64,000 nt of DNA from Paragordius varius. Taxonomy: Eukaryota; Animalia; Nematomorpha. This document shows positions 12,101 to 26,200 of this stretch, piece by piece. The position numbers were made by a program, and so were the translations under genes. Numbering within the stretch: position 1 is the first letter of the stretch; every line of letters begins with the position of its first letter. Below the pieces are notes generated by a model. That model made no database searches and had not been told where the DNA came from. It worked only from the letters and a program-made list of their open reading frames with translations. The stretch lies in assembly GCA_964247055.1 (NCBI GenBank), contig OZ176057.1, positions 4,092,001 through 4,156,000 on the forward strand, in the 5' to 3' direction.

Positions 12101-15100
12101 GGTATTTTATAAAAGTTATCAAAAATTTTGTCAGCTTCATCTCAGAAAATGGCATAATTTGCTCACATCTTGTTAAATTTATTTGGTGAAAACTAAATGC
12201 TTCATTCCTAAAAATATCACTAAATTATATAATAAACCACACATTAAAAGCATGGTAATATTATAAAATTTTTATTTTTAGACGTAGGCCCTATCCTTAT
12301 TTATTGCCCTTCTAAAATAGGCTAGTTCTGGTGTAAATAATTACTAAATGGTTTGTAGAAGCTAAAACCAAAAAGACCATGATTATTCTGATACATTTTT
12401 CATCAGAACAAATTTTAAATTCACCGTTCGGACGCAACGCTATGCAAAGTTTTTGATTGACTATATTTACCTGAATTGTATTTAATATATTGATTGAAAT
12501 ATTGAATGTAATGGCTGGTCAATAGTTTTAACGCTGTTTTGATTAAATTAAAGCGTTTAATGTGAATATTTATTGGTTATTGGATATGGTATATATTCAC
12601 AGAGAAAGTGAATATAATCGAGATTCTCGATAGTATTTTGTTGCAAATACTATTAATCATGATAAAATAAAACAAACAATTCTGATTTGGCAAAATTATT
12701 ATTCTAATGAGCAATAAACAATTTATGACATAAGAAAAAAAATGCATAATTTGTTATATTATATATATGTATAAATTTACATAATTTTGCCAAATCTATT
12801 TTACATTATGCATAAGTTATACATTACTTAGTTGTGAAGCATCAAACCAATATTCCAAAAATCAGAGAAGCTATGAAGTTTTTGAAAAGTCATAACTGTT
12901 TAAAACAGACATGTTTATAAACTTGATGTTGCACCAAAAACAAATTTTGTACGATTTAAGAAAAGAAACAGAAATCAGATAAATTTGATTAAGAAATTCT
13001 TAGATATAAAGAAATATTCAAAGATGTATCTCTTAAAATATTCCTAGCAACCTGAAAATTGGAGAGGCAAAAAATTTGCCAAGCAAAAAAAACCCAAATT
13101 GATTTGCACACAGCCGTTTTTTTGTAAATCTTTATGTGTGATAACACTTTTATGTATTGATTCTCAGATACCTTATTATTTTCTTTTATAGTATAAAATT
13201 AAATTAGAGACTGCTAATTAAAATAGGTGGGTGTGTATTTGGAATTAATCCAGCTATCAAAATTAATACACTTAATTAAATGGCTGATTTTTATTAAGAT
13301 TAAGATTATAATGTATGGTAAACTAATTTTCTGATAAGAAACCACGCTATGATATCAAACGAATATTTTAGCAATATCCCAACTTGGACTCATTTCCAAT
13401 CGCAAAAACAAAAATTTAAAGTTTCACCCACCGATATTTTCTATGCCGTCATTTATAACATTAAATCAATACCAGATTAATTTATTGATTTTATCTTTTG
13501 ATAAATATATGTTTTAACTTTTAGCATTAACATCATAATGTAAATAATAATTATTTATCGTTGTTAGATAAATATTTCGATACATTTTGTAATAAAAACA
13601 ATTAATGTATAATGTTTCATAAAATATTACATGATTTATGTGTGATTTTATGGTGGCATCATTTATTATTGATTTCAAATTATACCATTAATATGTTCTT
13701 TAACTTGTGACATACGTTTTGATAAAAAAATATTTAGCATGTGGATCGTTTTCATAGCCATTTAAAGGCCCTAATAATTCAACTAAGTAATTTGTTTCAC
13801 AAAGCCAAATAAACCAAAAAAACGTTTTCCAAACTGTATGTTGAGTTAGCCTAAATCAATACACCCCATCATGTACAAGATAACTAACAAGAACTTTAAC
13901 GATTCTAATTCTAAAATGAATATCAATACAAATATCCCTTCCAACATAATGAATAGTAGTGATAAAAAATACAATTCTATAATCTATTCCAAAGGAGCTA
14001 ATTGTAGTTTTAGCAGTAACAGTAATAATCCAAAATTTCAATTTAAAGATTATTTGCACAATCTTTTTATCCCAGACTCCACGTCCCGTGTTACCGTTAA
14101 ACTTTTTGGGAGCCAACGGGCCTGTCAACTCGAACAGGAAAGGCAAACAGCTTCGGGTTTTAAATTCATAATCCATCCTTTGAGTCGATTTCGGTTTCCA
14201 TTTTTTTCTTTATAATTTTTTTATTAAATATATATGTACATATTGATCTAATTCGTATAAACTCTGAAAGTATTCTATCAGATTATTTTTAACCTTTTGG
14301 GGATATTTGCGGTATTATTTTTTAAATGCAAATCGGCTCAACAAATAATCCAAACAGCTTAAAACCAATTACTTAAATATTACATGATCGAATCTGTATA
14401 ATTATTTTCAAAATTGGTAATATGATCAGATAAACACATTTAAAATTTCTTAATTAATGTAGGAAATATCGGTTTAATATATGTGTTTTTTTGACACTTT
14501 GTGACTTTTTGGGGTTAGTTTTATACCCCAGAGCTATATAATTTTAAAATTTTTATTGGGCCAAATAATACAGACTCTTTAACCTTTTAGGCGCATACAA
14601 AAATTTTTTCTTAACTAATATAAAATTATTAAAAAATATATCCTAATTCGCCGCCATTTTTTCTTTTATTATTTTCTTTGTATTGTGGATACAACACATA
14701 AAGGACTGTATATTGGTTGAAGAATATAAATAATTAATTTTGGAAAGCATTCAAATTTCAATTTAATAGTAAATTTTTGGTATTTATTTTTATATCAGTT
14801 TTTCAATAGTGCTTTGGACCTATCTGAACTTAGGACTTTAGAAGTTAAAAACTGTTAGAATTAAGTATCTAATACATAAGAAGAGGGTTTGTTAATTAAA
14901 TTTCCATGCAACCTGCAAAACAGTAGTGTATTTACTAATTAAAACTCTGAGATCGAAATTACCCAAAAATATCGTTGGGGACAAAAATATAAAATGAAGT
15001 TAAAGTATTTGCTTTATAAGTTTTACGATTTATCTCTATAAATTTAAATTTTACCGTAATTGAACCTAAATCTGTTAATTATGAAAATATTATAGTTTTA

Positions 15101-18100
15101 AACTAATTTGGAGCTTTCAGTTTGACAAGAAATTTTTATGTGTTTATTTAACGATTATGATTTGAAATTATTATTATTATTAAATGACATAATTTTCAAT
15201 TTTCCAGCCATCATTGTTAATATTTTATGTTTATAGAACCGTAATTGGTTTTAATACACAATATACATACAAACTGCTGGTGAAAATTCATTGTACAAGA
15301 ATCCTAAAAGAGTTCATTTTTTGGCAATAACTTATATGGCTTTCCTTGTCATATTTTAGGTATACTTAAGAACCAGTACAAAAACCTTTTTATTACTAAT
15401 ATATTGAATTTAACGTATATTTTATATTTTTAAGGCAATAGCTTGTTTCTTAGGTTTGTCTTAATTTTTTACTTTGACGGTGTTTATTTTATCGATTTTA
15501 GCAACGAAATTACAGAAAATGATTATCATTAACCAAAATTGATATGAATTTTATTTTTTACAAATATATTGTTAGAATATAAAAACTTTAGTTACATCAC
15601 TAATAACTATAATTAAATCATTTATAATAGTTGCTCTTTAAAATAATCATTTTACTAGAATTATATAAAAAAATTTAACTTTGATGCTATTTTTAATATA
15701 TAAATTGTTGTTTTTAAAATTAAATAATTTAGCTAAAAACTTAACCTTAAATTAAAATATTAAATAAAACATGGATACAATTTAAGCAACCAAAAATTAA
15801 AACCATTTTTTAATGTAAACTATGTTATAAAAAATATAAATATTAAGCAAATTTGGTTTAAATATAAATAAAATATAGGGTGTAAAATTTACCGAATTGT
15901 ATAGCTTCCCACCATCTAGAGCAGTGGTACTTGCCAAAAAAATTTGACGGGCCAAATAAAACATATTTTTTTTCGATATGAACCTTATAATGGCAAATAT
16001 TCCATAGCTATTTGGACACATACGCACATATTTTTACTCTAAATCAGCACAATGAATTTTTTGCGGGTCGCATGTAAATCCAGCTAAAAATTCGTGCACC
16101 ATTTATTTAAAAATTAAAATATTTTGATAACAACATTTATTTAGATATTAACCAATATTTTTTGACAAATTTGGTTTCGCCTCATGGCAGGCCAATCTTA
16201 ATACGCCGTCCATATGATCATTAGTTAAGCGATTTCGGTATGTATTCTTGAGAGACTTCATTTTTGATATGCCGTCTCACACGTGTAAGTTGATGGAAGT
16301 TAAGATAACTTGAGCACATTTTTTTATATTATATTTATTTGGCACAACTTGCCAAAACTCTACATATTTTTCTTCTCTTTGATTTTCCTTATAAATAGCT
16401 TAAATTGGAATTTAAAATCAACGAATTCTTCAATGATAAGCGCCTGATCAAAACCGAAAAGCTCAAGTTGCTTAATGTTGGAAATATCCATATGCCATGG
16501 ATCTTCAACGAGTTTTAAGCAATTTTTAATATTTTTTAATTCTTGAAATCTGAATTTCATCTCATTAGATAAAAATGTTAAATGATTGTCTATTATTAAA
16601 TTAATATCCGCGGTAAAATCCATATTTTCTTTACAATTGTTTTAAGTGTTGGAAAATGTAGGAGTGTTTTATCTATAAAATCTTGTTTATATATTATTAA
16701 TTTTTCTTCAAAAGCAAATATATGATTAGCAAATTGGGTTATTATTTTGCTCCCTTGAAGACTTGTATTAAAAGTATTAATTTTATAAGTAATGTCGCAA
16801 ACGTAGGCTAATAAAACCCACCATTTGTCACTATTAATTTCCTCGTCAAACTTTCTGTTATCTTTTATAAATAATAGAATATGTCTTAAATCAAAAAATC
16901 TATTCAATACTTTGCTAAGACTTAGCCATCTCATAGCGGTGTACAAATATCATCAAACTCACTGTATCTTTCAGAAGGTTTTTGAATTTACGGCGATTGA
17001 ATTCGCTGCCACGGATGTAGTTAACTATATCCACAACCGTTTTAATTACTAAATTTAGTGATTCATCTTTTACAAGCGAAACCAAATTTTGCTGATGAAT
17101 AAAGCAGTGAAAGGATAAAATAGTTTGTAAACTATATTTGTTTTTAAAAAGAGGAATAAATTCTTTTATTCCAATCATAGAGGGACAGCCATCGGTGCAG
17201 ATCGAAACTTTTTCATAAGTATACCATTACTATCGAAAAAAGAGCATTATTTTGAGACAATCACTTCTTTTTGTGGTATTATTCATTGGTAAAAATTTCA
17301 AATATTCCTTGTTTATGTTGTCGTTGCGAAATCTCACGAAGAGCGCACATTGAGGTGTTGAGCTTATATCAGTGCTAGAATCAATTGCAATACTGAAGTA
17401 TTTGCAGTTTAGAGCCAATAATGTTTTGTTAAAAATGTATTTAGACATATCTTCAATGCGTCGATAACATGTTGAATCCGAAAGTTGAAGTTTTTTAATT
17501 TGCCTCATGATTTGATCATTTATCAAATAAAAAAGTGCAACCATTTATTAGACATTCTTTTATTAGTTGGGAATCAGTAAACGGTTTCATATTTTTTCCT
17601 AAAATATAGCAAATTTCATACGAAGCTAATGTTACAGCATTTTTCTGAGAAAAAGCTATGCAATAATGGATTTTTCTTTCTCTTGTAATTCCTTAAAATT
17701 TTTATATTTTTCGTTTCTTTCCTCATGATTTTCTGGTAATTTATGAGAATGATGGATTTTAAAATATCTTTCAATATTGTATTTTTTTATAATTATGTTA
17801 TTCTTGCATATAAGGTAGGTAGCAACATTGTTATTTAAAACGACAAAAAAATTATTTTCCCATTCTTTTTTATAGGAGCGATTTTCATCGGATAATTTAC
17901 GTTTTTGGGCATTAGATGTCATCCTTTGAATTTATGTTTAAATATGTAAAAAAATAGGAATATAAATTGAATTATGCTATAAAAAACAGGTCAAAATTCA
18001 ATGGTGTCGAAATGAAAAATATTTTATGGGAATGAGTTATAAAAATGATGCAGGATAGCAATGAAATGTATGTGCAATGGGTGAAAACAAAAAAAGAAAT

Positions 18101-21100
18101 GCAATAATTTCAAACAGAAAAGAAAATAGAATAGAGAAAAAGAAACAACGTGTGCCCATAAATCATAAATTTAAAATCATTTTAATGTAGGAAAATTTTT
18201 CTACATTGCACATTGGGTAAAAAATAAATATTATCAATTAAAAAAATTTAAGTATCAAGGTCATAGGGCAATTTTAAAGCACACTTAGGGCCGCGGTTTG
18301 AGTATCACTGATATAGATCAATGCTCACCAAAATTTAAAGAAAATTTTTCATTTTTAAGTGTCATAATACCGAAGAATAATAATAATACCATTTAACTCA
18401 TTTGCGGATATTTATCAAAATGCGCATTTGCGTCAGAAAAATTAAATATTTGAAAAGAGAGTATGATATTTTTTAAATATTTAATTAGTGGATATCATAC
18501 TATAGCATACATTATTTTTATCTAACTGTCCTGGTATTTTTTCGTCTCAATTAAAAACCTAGCCAATTTTGAAGAGCAAAAAAATTTGGGACTTTCGCGA
18601 CTACCCATCTAATAATTATTTTCAAAAATAAATGTATATCCTTTTATTTGTAGTTTATAATTTTTAATATGAAGCATTTAGCTTTCAATAAATATATTTA
18701 TTTAAAAATATGCGCAATTGCCATCTTCTAATATGGAATACATATCACAAATGTGTAAATAACTTTTTAATTACTTAGGGCATGATAAGCTTCATACATT
18801 TCCCCATCAGAATATATATTTATGTATATTATTAACCAGTCATCACCCTTAAACAATTCAAATTCACATGTTTTTTAAGATTTAAAATTACCTATATTTT
18901 TAGAAAATAAAATTTTGTTTTTAATTAAAATAATAGTAAAAAAATAATCTATGCAATAAATATATTTCATATTAATAATGAGTTATATTAGTTCGAAAAT
19001 AGTTCAAGGGTCAATTTGAATAAATCGAGGGTGAATTTGAATTGTTAAAGGATGAATTTGAACTGTAAATACTATATTATTTCAACAGGATATTATTTTG
19101 TGCAAACTATGTAAATCAGCAATAACCCGATCAAGGGTATATTTTCGATTTTTAGTTTTTAGCAACTAAAATGATTCAGTTTTAAAATATGTAGTTTGCA
19201 GCATCTATGCTACTTTAGCCGCTCAATTTAAGTTAAATGAGCATCATGACTATGAGTGAGACAACTCTGCTTGAACTTATAATTTAACCAATATATAAAA
19301 TTTAGGTTATTAAAATAAAAATGGTGACTATTTAAGTCTTTACAATTAATATCGTTAACTTTCCCAAAATGCAAGTGAGTTCTTGTTTTTTGATGGTATT
19401 TTTTATTTTTAAAAATCCTTGTTGATATTTTAAATTACAAGTATTTACAAAATATCTGTGTCGATACACTTCTAAAAAATACAGATTGATTGTCTTAAAC
19501 ACATATAATTAACACTTCGATTCAAATTGGGGTATCTAAATACCCCAGACAAAATTCAAATTCTAATTTTTAAAATACTACTGAAGGAAACGGTCCCAAT
19601 TTAAATTTATGCTTCTATCCTGATAAATATTATATAAATATGCTAAAATATCTTGATAAAATTTTGTTTTGAAAAAAACTACTTCGACGCCATTTTTATT
19701 TTACAAAAATTTTGCAAAATATCGTCTTCATTCAATTTTAAGGGTAAAATTAAAGCTAATTTTTAATTTAAATTACATCTAACATTGATAGAAATAGAAA
19801 GAGCGGTTTATTTTGTAATATTTTTAATTTTACAATTTGACACATGTCACGTTGACTAAATTATTTTTACTTTCAGTTTTACCTCAAAATAAGTAATATC
19901 AAGTGTTTTTGAATAGAATTATTTATATATTTCGGTTTATTAATGTTATATAAGTGCAAAATTTTGCCATGGTTTTGATTGCTTTCATACTTTTTAAAGT
20001 ATTTGATTTTAAACAGGCCTGGGGTATCCAACTACCCCAATTTGAATCGAAGGACTAAAATGAGTGTGTTGTATCCAAGTGTTAAAAAAACCCGTAAACA
20101 CATTTTTCAATTTTACCCTGAACAAAAATTTTTTCAGCCACTCGGGGTTTTTTGCATTTTCTGATATTTAATGTCATTTTAACAGTTAATCCGAAATAAA
20201 AATTATAATTTCTACTAATAATTTTGTATAATTTATTGATTTTTCGATTATGCGCCATACTTTATTAAAATTTCACAAACAAATGCCAATTTGTAATATA
20301 TCATTCGAAAGAGTAATGATAACACTATAAAATGCATACTAATATGTTTTATATTGATATTGGACATAGAAAGCGACAAACCCGCGGAGCGAGAGCGTTT
20401 TTCATAATTAAAATATTTTATTAACTAATGGATGAATAACTCAAACTTTGTCTATATGGCATTGAATGTCCAAAAAGATAACACAAGAAAGTTTTTTGAA
20501 TTAAACACATATTTATTGTTTTTATGTCATTCAACGCTATTTTTAAGTTTTTTGTTTTTTAAAAAATTACCATGTCATCAATTTTCTTTGGGAGGCTAAA
20601 TTTAAAATTTTAAGACTTAAAACAAATTTTAAGATTAATCTTTTTAGCGATTGTGTAATAAATTTACAGCTATTACTATGTATTTTAGTATCCCCTTTAT
20701 AAAATCATTATGATAATAATGATTTTTATTAAAAAACAACAAAAGCTTTCTCAAAGTTTTTTTAATTTATTACTAATGTAACCCTAATTATATTAAAATT
20801 TATATGAATATTAAATTTGTTGGTATGTGAAATTTTTGATCTATTTATGAGTTAAAAATTTTGACCATATAAACTCAAATAAATTTTTACTTCAATAGTT
20901 CAAATAACCAACGATAATTTGTAAGATAGAAAATTTCGATTTTAATGTTAAATCGGGGCCAAAAATCAATTCTTTGCTGTTAGACCTATTTTTTTCAGAA
21001 ACACTTACAATATAAATTGATAAAATAAATTTTTAATTCACGAGAATGGCATTAAAAAGTCACAATTTGTTGTCTGGTATTATTCACATTTCATAAAAAA

Positions 21101-23226
21101 GCTTTAACTTCAAATTTGTTGAGAAAAACTTAAAATTTTTTTTTCTATTTTGTAAGCGAGAGTGTTTTGGTTGGCAACATGTTTGCATTTTATGTTTTAC
21201 AGCTTTACAAAATATTTGCCATTATTAATACTAAATGACATTTATTATTAATACATGCTATTAAATCGAAATGTGTCCGCATAAATGGTTTCCATATTAC
21301 GAAAAAACATTGTTACAAAATAAAATTAGCTTTTATATTTGAATCTATGTCATTTCACTACGCACAACATGATTTTTTTAACAAAAACGACTAATATAAA
21401 ATTAATAATTTATAGATACCATATATTCATATTTTGTCAATGTGGTAAACTCATTTTTCCATTAAAATAAGTGTTTTCACATTATCTATTAATTTTTTAA
21501 AATTTGTCGAATTTTTAGTTAAATAAACGGTCATTTTTTCCATATTAAATTTTATATTGATCTTAATTCATTACAGAATATTAGTAATCATTTATTTTTA
21601 TATTAATATCGATAATTTACATTTAATAACGGAGTGGACACAATCGGGTCATATAAAAATATTTGTATTTATTATATAAATTCTGAGAGTCTTTTAAAAA
21701 TATATACTTCTAGTAATCGCTCCATAAAAATTGCAAAATTTGCACACAATGAGCTTTTCTGAGAGATGGCCCACTCTAAAATGAGCTAGTTTTTTCAAAA
21801 TAAACCCAATAATTACGAGGCCCGATTATTTACATTATACCAGATTATAAGTATTGTTAAAAAATAATTTTCAGAAAAAATTTGTTGAGTATTTAATGGT
21901 ATTTACAAGCATTATGGAAACGGTATAATAACTTTTAAGACATTATAAAAACACTTGTCTGTATAAATAAATGGCGCTAAACATTATTATCTCCTAAATT
22001 AATTGTGTTCATTCCAAGCAGATTATTTCAAACACATTTTAAATATAAATTAAATTTGAATGAGATTTTTTTCAAAATTCTGTATTAATATATATTAACA
22101 TCATCTTATATATATTGTTGTTATAAATGTTTTATTCTGTTTCTACATCGATATACCATAAAATACGTGTCAAGAAAATGTTGCGTAAAATTATATTTAA
22201 AATGAATCTTTGTAAATAATTTTTTTGACGCCATAATTCAGCATAAATAATAAATTATTATCAAGCATTCTCAGCATTTTTGCATTTATTTTTGCAAATT
22301 AGCCCAATGTGCCACAACTTTAACAATTTTCTCATCTACTTCGAAAACTTAAAATATGATTTTGATTTTATATACAGTTGCTTTTTATTTTTTTATAATG
22401 TAGTATTAACATTCGCTAAAAATATTTAGCAAAGGATGCGCAAATTATGCCACTTTTTGATGTAGCGCTATTATCACCAGTGAAAATATTATATATGCAT
22501 TTTAATCATAAAATATATAATTCATTTTAAATTTCTTTGTGTGCACTGAATAAATAAAATAGATATTTTCCAGGCGGCCTATCCATAATTTCTTTCACAT
22601 AGGTTTATAATACAAATGTATCCTTACACTATTTTTCAGTGAATTAGATTTATTAGACACCTTGTTGAAATAAAATTTAATAAATGTAATATATGTTGAT
22701 GTAAAAAATCATTTTAAACTGAAATAATAAATGAATTCTAAAATTCTTTTTTATAATGATTAAAAGTGCGATATTTCTAGAGATAAGAGTATTAGTAAAT
22801 ACAATAAAAATTGTAATACGGATAAACGTAAAAATATAGAGACAAATATTTTTTTCCAAAAAACAACCATACTTTTAAACCATAATTTTTCATATTTAAG
22901 CTATTTAATTACGATTGGAATTTATAAAATTGATTGTGTTAATATATATTTAAATTTTACAGTTTTTATTAAATAATGAGTTTTATTTAATAAATATAAT
23001 TATCTATGGTTGTCTTTTGGAAAAAATTTTGTCTTTATATTTCACCGTATAATTAATTTTTACTGTAGTTAGACAACAGCCACTCTTTACCTTTTCTGAT
23101 TTAGTCGCATAGTAATAAAGGTAAGATAATTAAACCTAAAAATTTTAAAACATTATTTTTTAATGCACCCCTTTAAAACATTACGAAAAAAATTTTAATT
23201 ACTCAAATTATATACGACAATTGTCC

Positions 23227-23270
<44 letters not shown>

Positions 23271-26200
23271 TTTGCAACCTTAATCTATAAAATGCAAAAA
23301 TATATGTCGTATTTTAAGTTTTTTAGAGATATGAGGCGACAAATCAGTAAAACCAAACATTTAACAAATAATTGTAAGCGACTAGATATCTTTTAAAAAT
23401 AGTATTTACATATCCAATAAAATAATGATAATAGAAATTCCCAGAATAAAATGACATCTAACCAAAATTTTTAAACATTGCAACCTTATATTATATATAT
23501 ATATAAATATGATTTTTAAAAAAGATATATTGTAATGCTTTGTTTTTATATTTGATACTTTTATATTTAGCCATGAACTTTCAAGAAATTTTGCAAAAAA
23601 AATCTCTTTTGTGGTTAATATAGTGGTACTTAATAAGATTTAGTATTATTAGATGTCATTGTCGTATTTTTTGAGTGTATAAATTTGGATTAATATCTTT
23701 GAACGTTTTAAAAAGCAGTTAATTTAAAAATTAATATTCTAATCGAAAAAATGTCGTAACTATTGAAAAAACAGTATGTTTCAAATTATTTTGGTAACAT
23801 TATTTACAATAAACATATAAATTGATATTTTATTTTACTTTGTTTTTCGATTGACTTTAACTTTTACCATTGTTTAATATTTAATGGTATCGCCTGACAG
23901 TAATAATTTACGAGATTTCGCTGGAATAATCTTCGGTATAATTGTATTTTAGACCTGTTAGCTAACGATACTGCCCTTTTTCATACTATAATTATAAATT
24001 TGCATTGGTGGTTATTTAAAACGTGCTTACCAAAAATTTTTTGAAGGGTAAAAAAAGTATATTTTTATTGTTTCAAGGGCCGCGTACCACATATTACCGA
24101 TACATAACTCCTTTTACTTGCAGATATTTATAATCCAAATAAATACATATAAAAAATAAAAATGAGTTCAGGTCTTTTAAAACCACGACAGAAATTTACA
24201 CATATATAAATAAATTTTAGATTTTATTGGGATGTATTCATGCTATTCCTACTTGCCGCAAATCTCATCATACTGCCAGTTACTATAACCTTTTTTAACA
24301 ATGACCTCAGCATTTATTGGCTTGTTTTTAATTGCTTTTCTGATACAATGTTCCTATGCGACATAGTGGTTAACTTTCGTACAGGTAAGAATTATGTTGG
24401 GAACTAGGGGGGGGGGGTTAAAATTATTTTTTTTAAAAAAATTTATTTTTCATAAAAGTGTTAAATAAATTAATGAAACAAAACGATATATATCAAATAA
24501 TATTTAAACTATATTTGCGATGAGCGTGAAACAATGCTAAAAAGTTAATTTGATTTTTGACATATTAATTATTTTGTCAAATGTTTTTACAAATATTAAA
24601 ATAATTTTTAATTATTTTTGTTCATAAAATATTAAATGTTAGATAGCCAAAATGTGTTGGAAAAAATATGTTTTTTCTATTAAATAAGTATGATTAACTT
24701 CCAGGACCCTAAATATAAAAACTAGAATTTGAGATAGAATAATTGAAGTAAACGCTATATTAATTTTATAAAAAATAAAAAACACCAAACATATTGTTTA
24801 GTGTGTAGGATTACAAAACTCTTCAAAAAACATAAACTCTTATTTATAAAATTATAAAATATTATAATTTCATATGAATATAAAATTTAACTTTTTTGAC
24901 TGAAAAATCAGATTTTTGCGATTTATATAAAGAAATGGAAAGTTTGGCAGAAAGTTTTATGATGAGGATTAATTTTTTTTTTAAATTATTAAAATATTAT
25001 ATGATAAGTGCGCCTAGAATCCATATTTTAAACTATAATCCAATAAAATAATTTTTTTTAAGTTATTTATATTTGAATTTCTTGGAGCCAATTATTGCCA
25101 AAACAACCAAACTGTAATCCTATTTTACATGCTTTTGGGTTTTGTCTTACTTTCTGAAATCAAAATTTTTATCAAGCTAAAATATTAAGTGGGAACTTTT
25201 CAATCCTTAATATATGTTAACTTATTCTATACAGATTATTTAAAAAAACTATTTGTAATAACGAAACCAATGTCTTATCGATATTTATCTCATTCACAGG
25301 TATAATGCCAGAAGATAAAACTGAACACATAATATTAGATCCAAAAATAATAGCACGTCATTACGCTAAAACATGGTTCATACTTGATTTTTTAAGCTCG
25401 TTTCCTTTCGATTACTTTTTGCTCATTTTCAATCCATACCTCATCCAAACGGATGGCCACAAATTCCAAATGATACAAGCGGGCCGAGCCCTTCGTATCC
25501 TACGCCTAGCTAAATTGCTTAGCCTACTTAGGCTTTTACGGGTTAGTCGATTAGTCCGTTATGTTAGCCAATGGGAGGAAGTCTATGTAAGGCTTATAAT
25601 ATTGTGATTTTGATTAAACAAAAGTAATTAAATATTTTTACAGTAATAGTTGTTTATAAAGCTAACCATAAGATTAAATTGTTTATATTAGAAGTATTTA
25701 GTTAGCAAAGATTCTAATCATCTAGAATAGGGGTGTCGTCTAACGGCCCTCCAAAATATTTATCCAGTCTGTGAAAATTCAATATATACCAAACACCAAA
25801 TCTTATAATTAATAAAGGGTATTAAAATCTTAGTAAAATTGATATTTCTTGAACAAGTTTTCTGGATAACGCTTTCCAGATTTCGGAAAAAAACGTACGA
25901 AAATTGTTTTTACAAATAGCAAATATATTGGATTCTTAATATTTACATTAGCTTGAAATGTCATAATTTTAATGCTCATATATTTATCAAATGCGAAGTG
26001 CTCACTAAGCGATTTGAGTTGGACACCCTTGTTTTAATATATAAAAAAATCCAGGACCAAAAAATATGTTTTAAATGTATAATATTAGTTTTAATGTATA
26101 AAAATCTGATGCTTTTTCAGTTTTTGAACCTGGCCACAGTATTTATCCGTATCTTCAACCTCGTAAGCATAATGTTACTCGTGGGTCATTGGAGCGGATG

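Noticed and set aside
13856-14215. Separate second HCN gene or isolated pseudogene fragment
   Set aside because: No second set of S1-S6 exons was found, and the exon is intact with a donor at the homologous position. An alternative exon is the simpler reading, though not proven.
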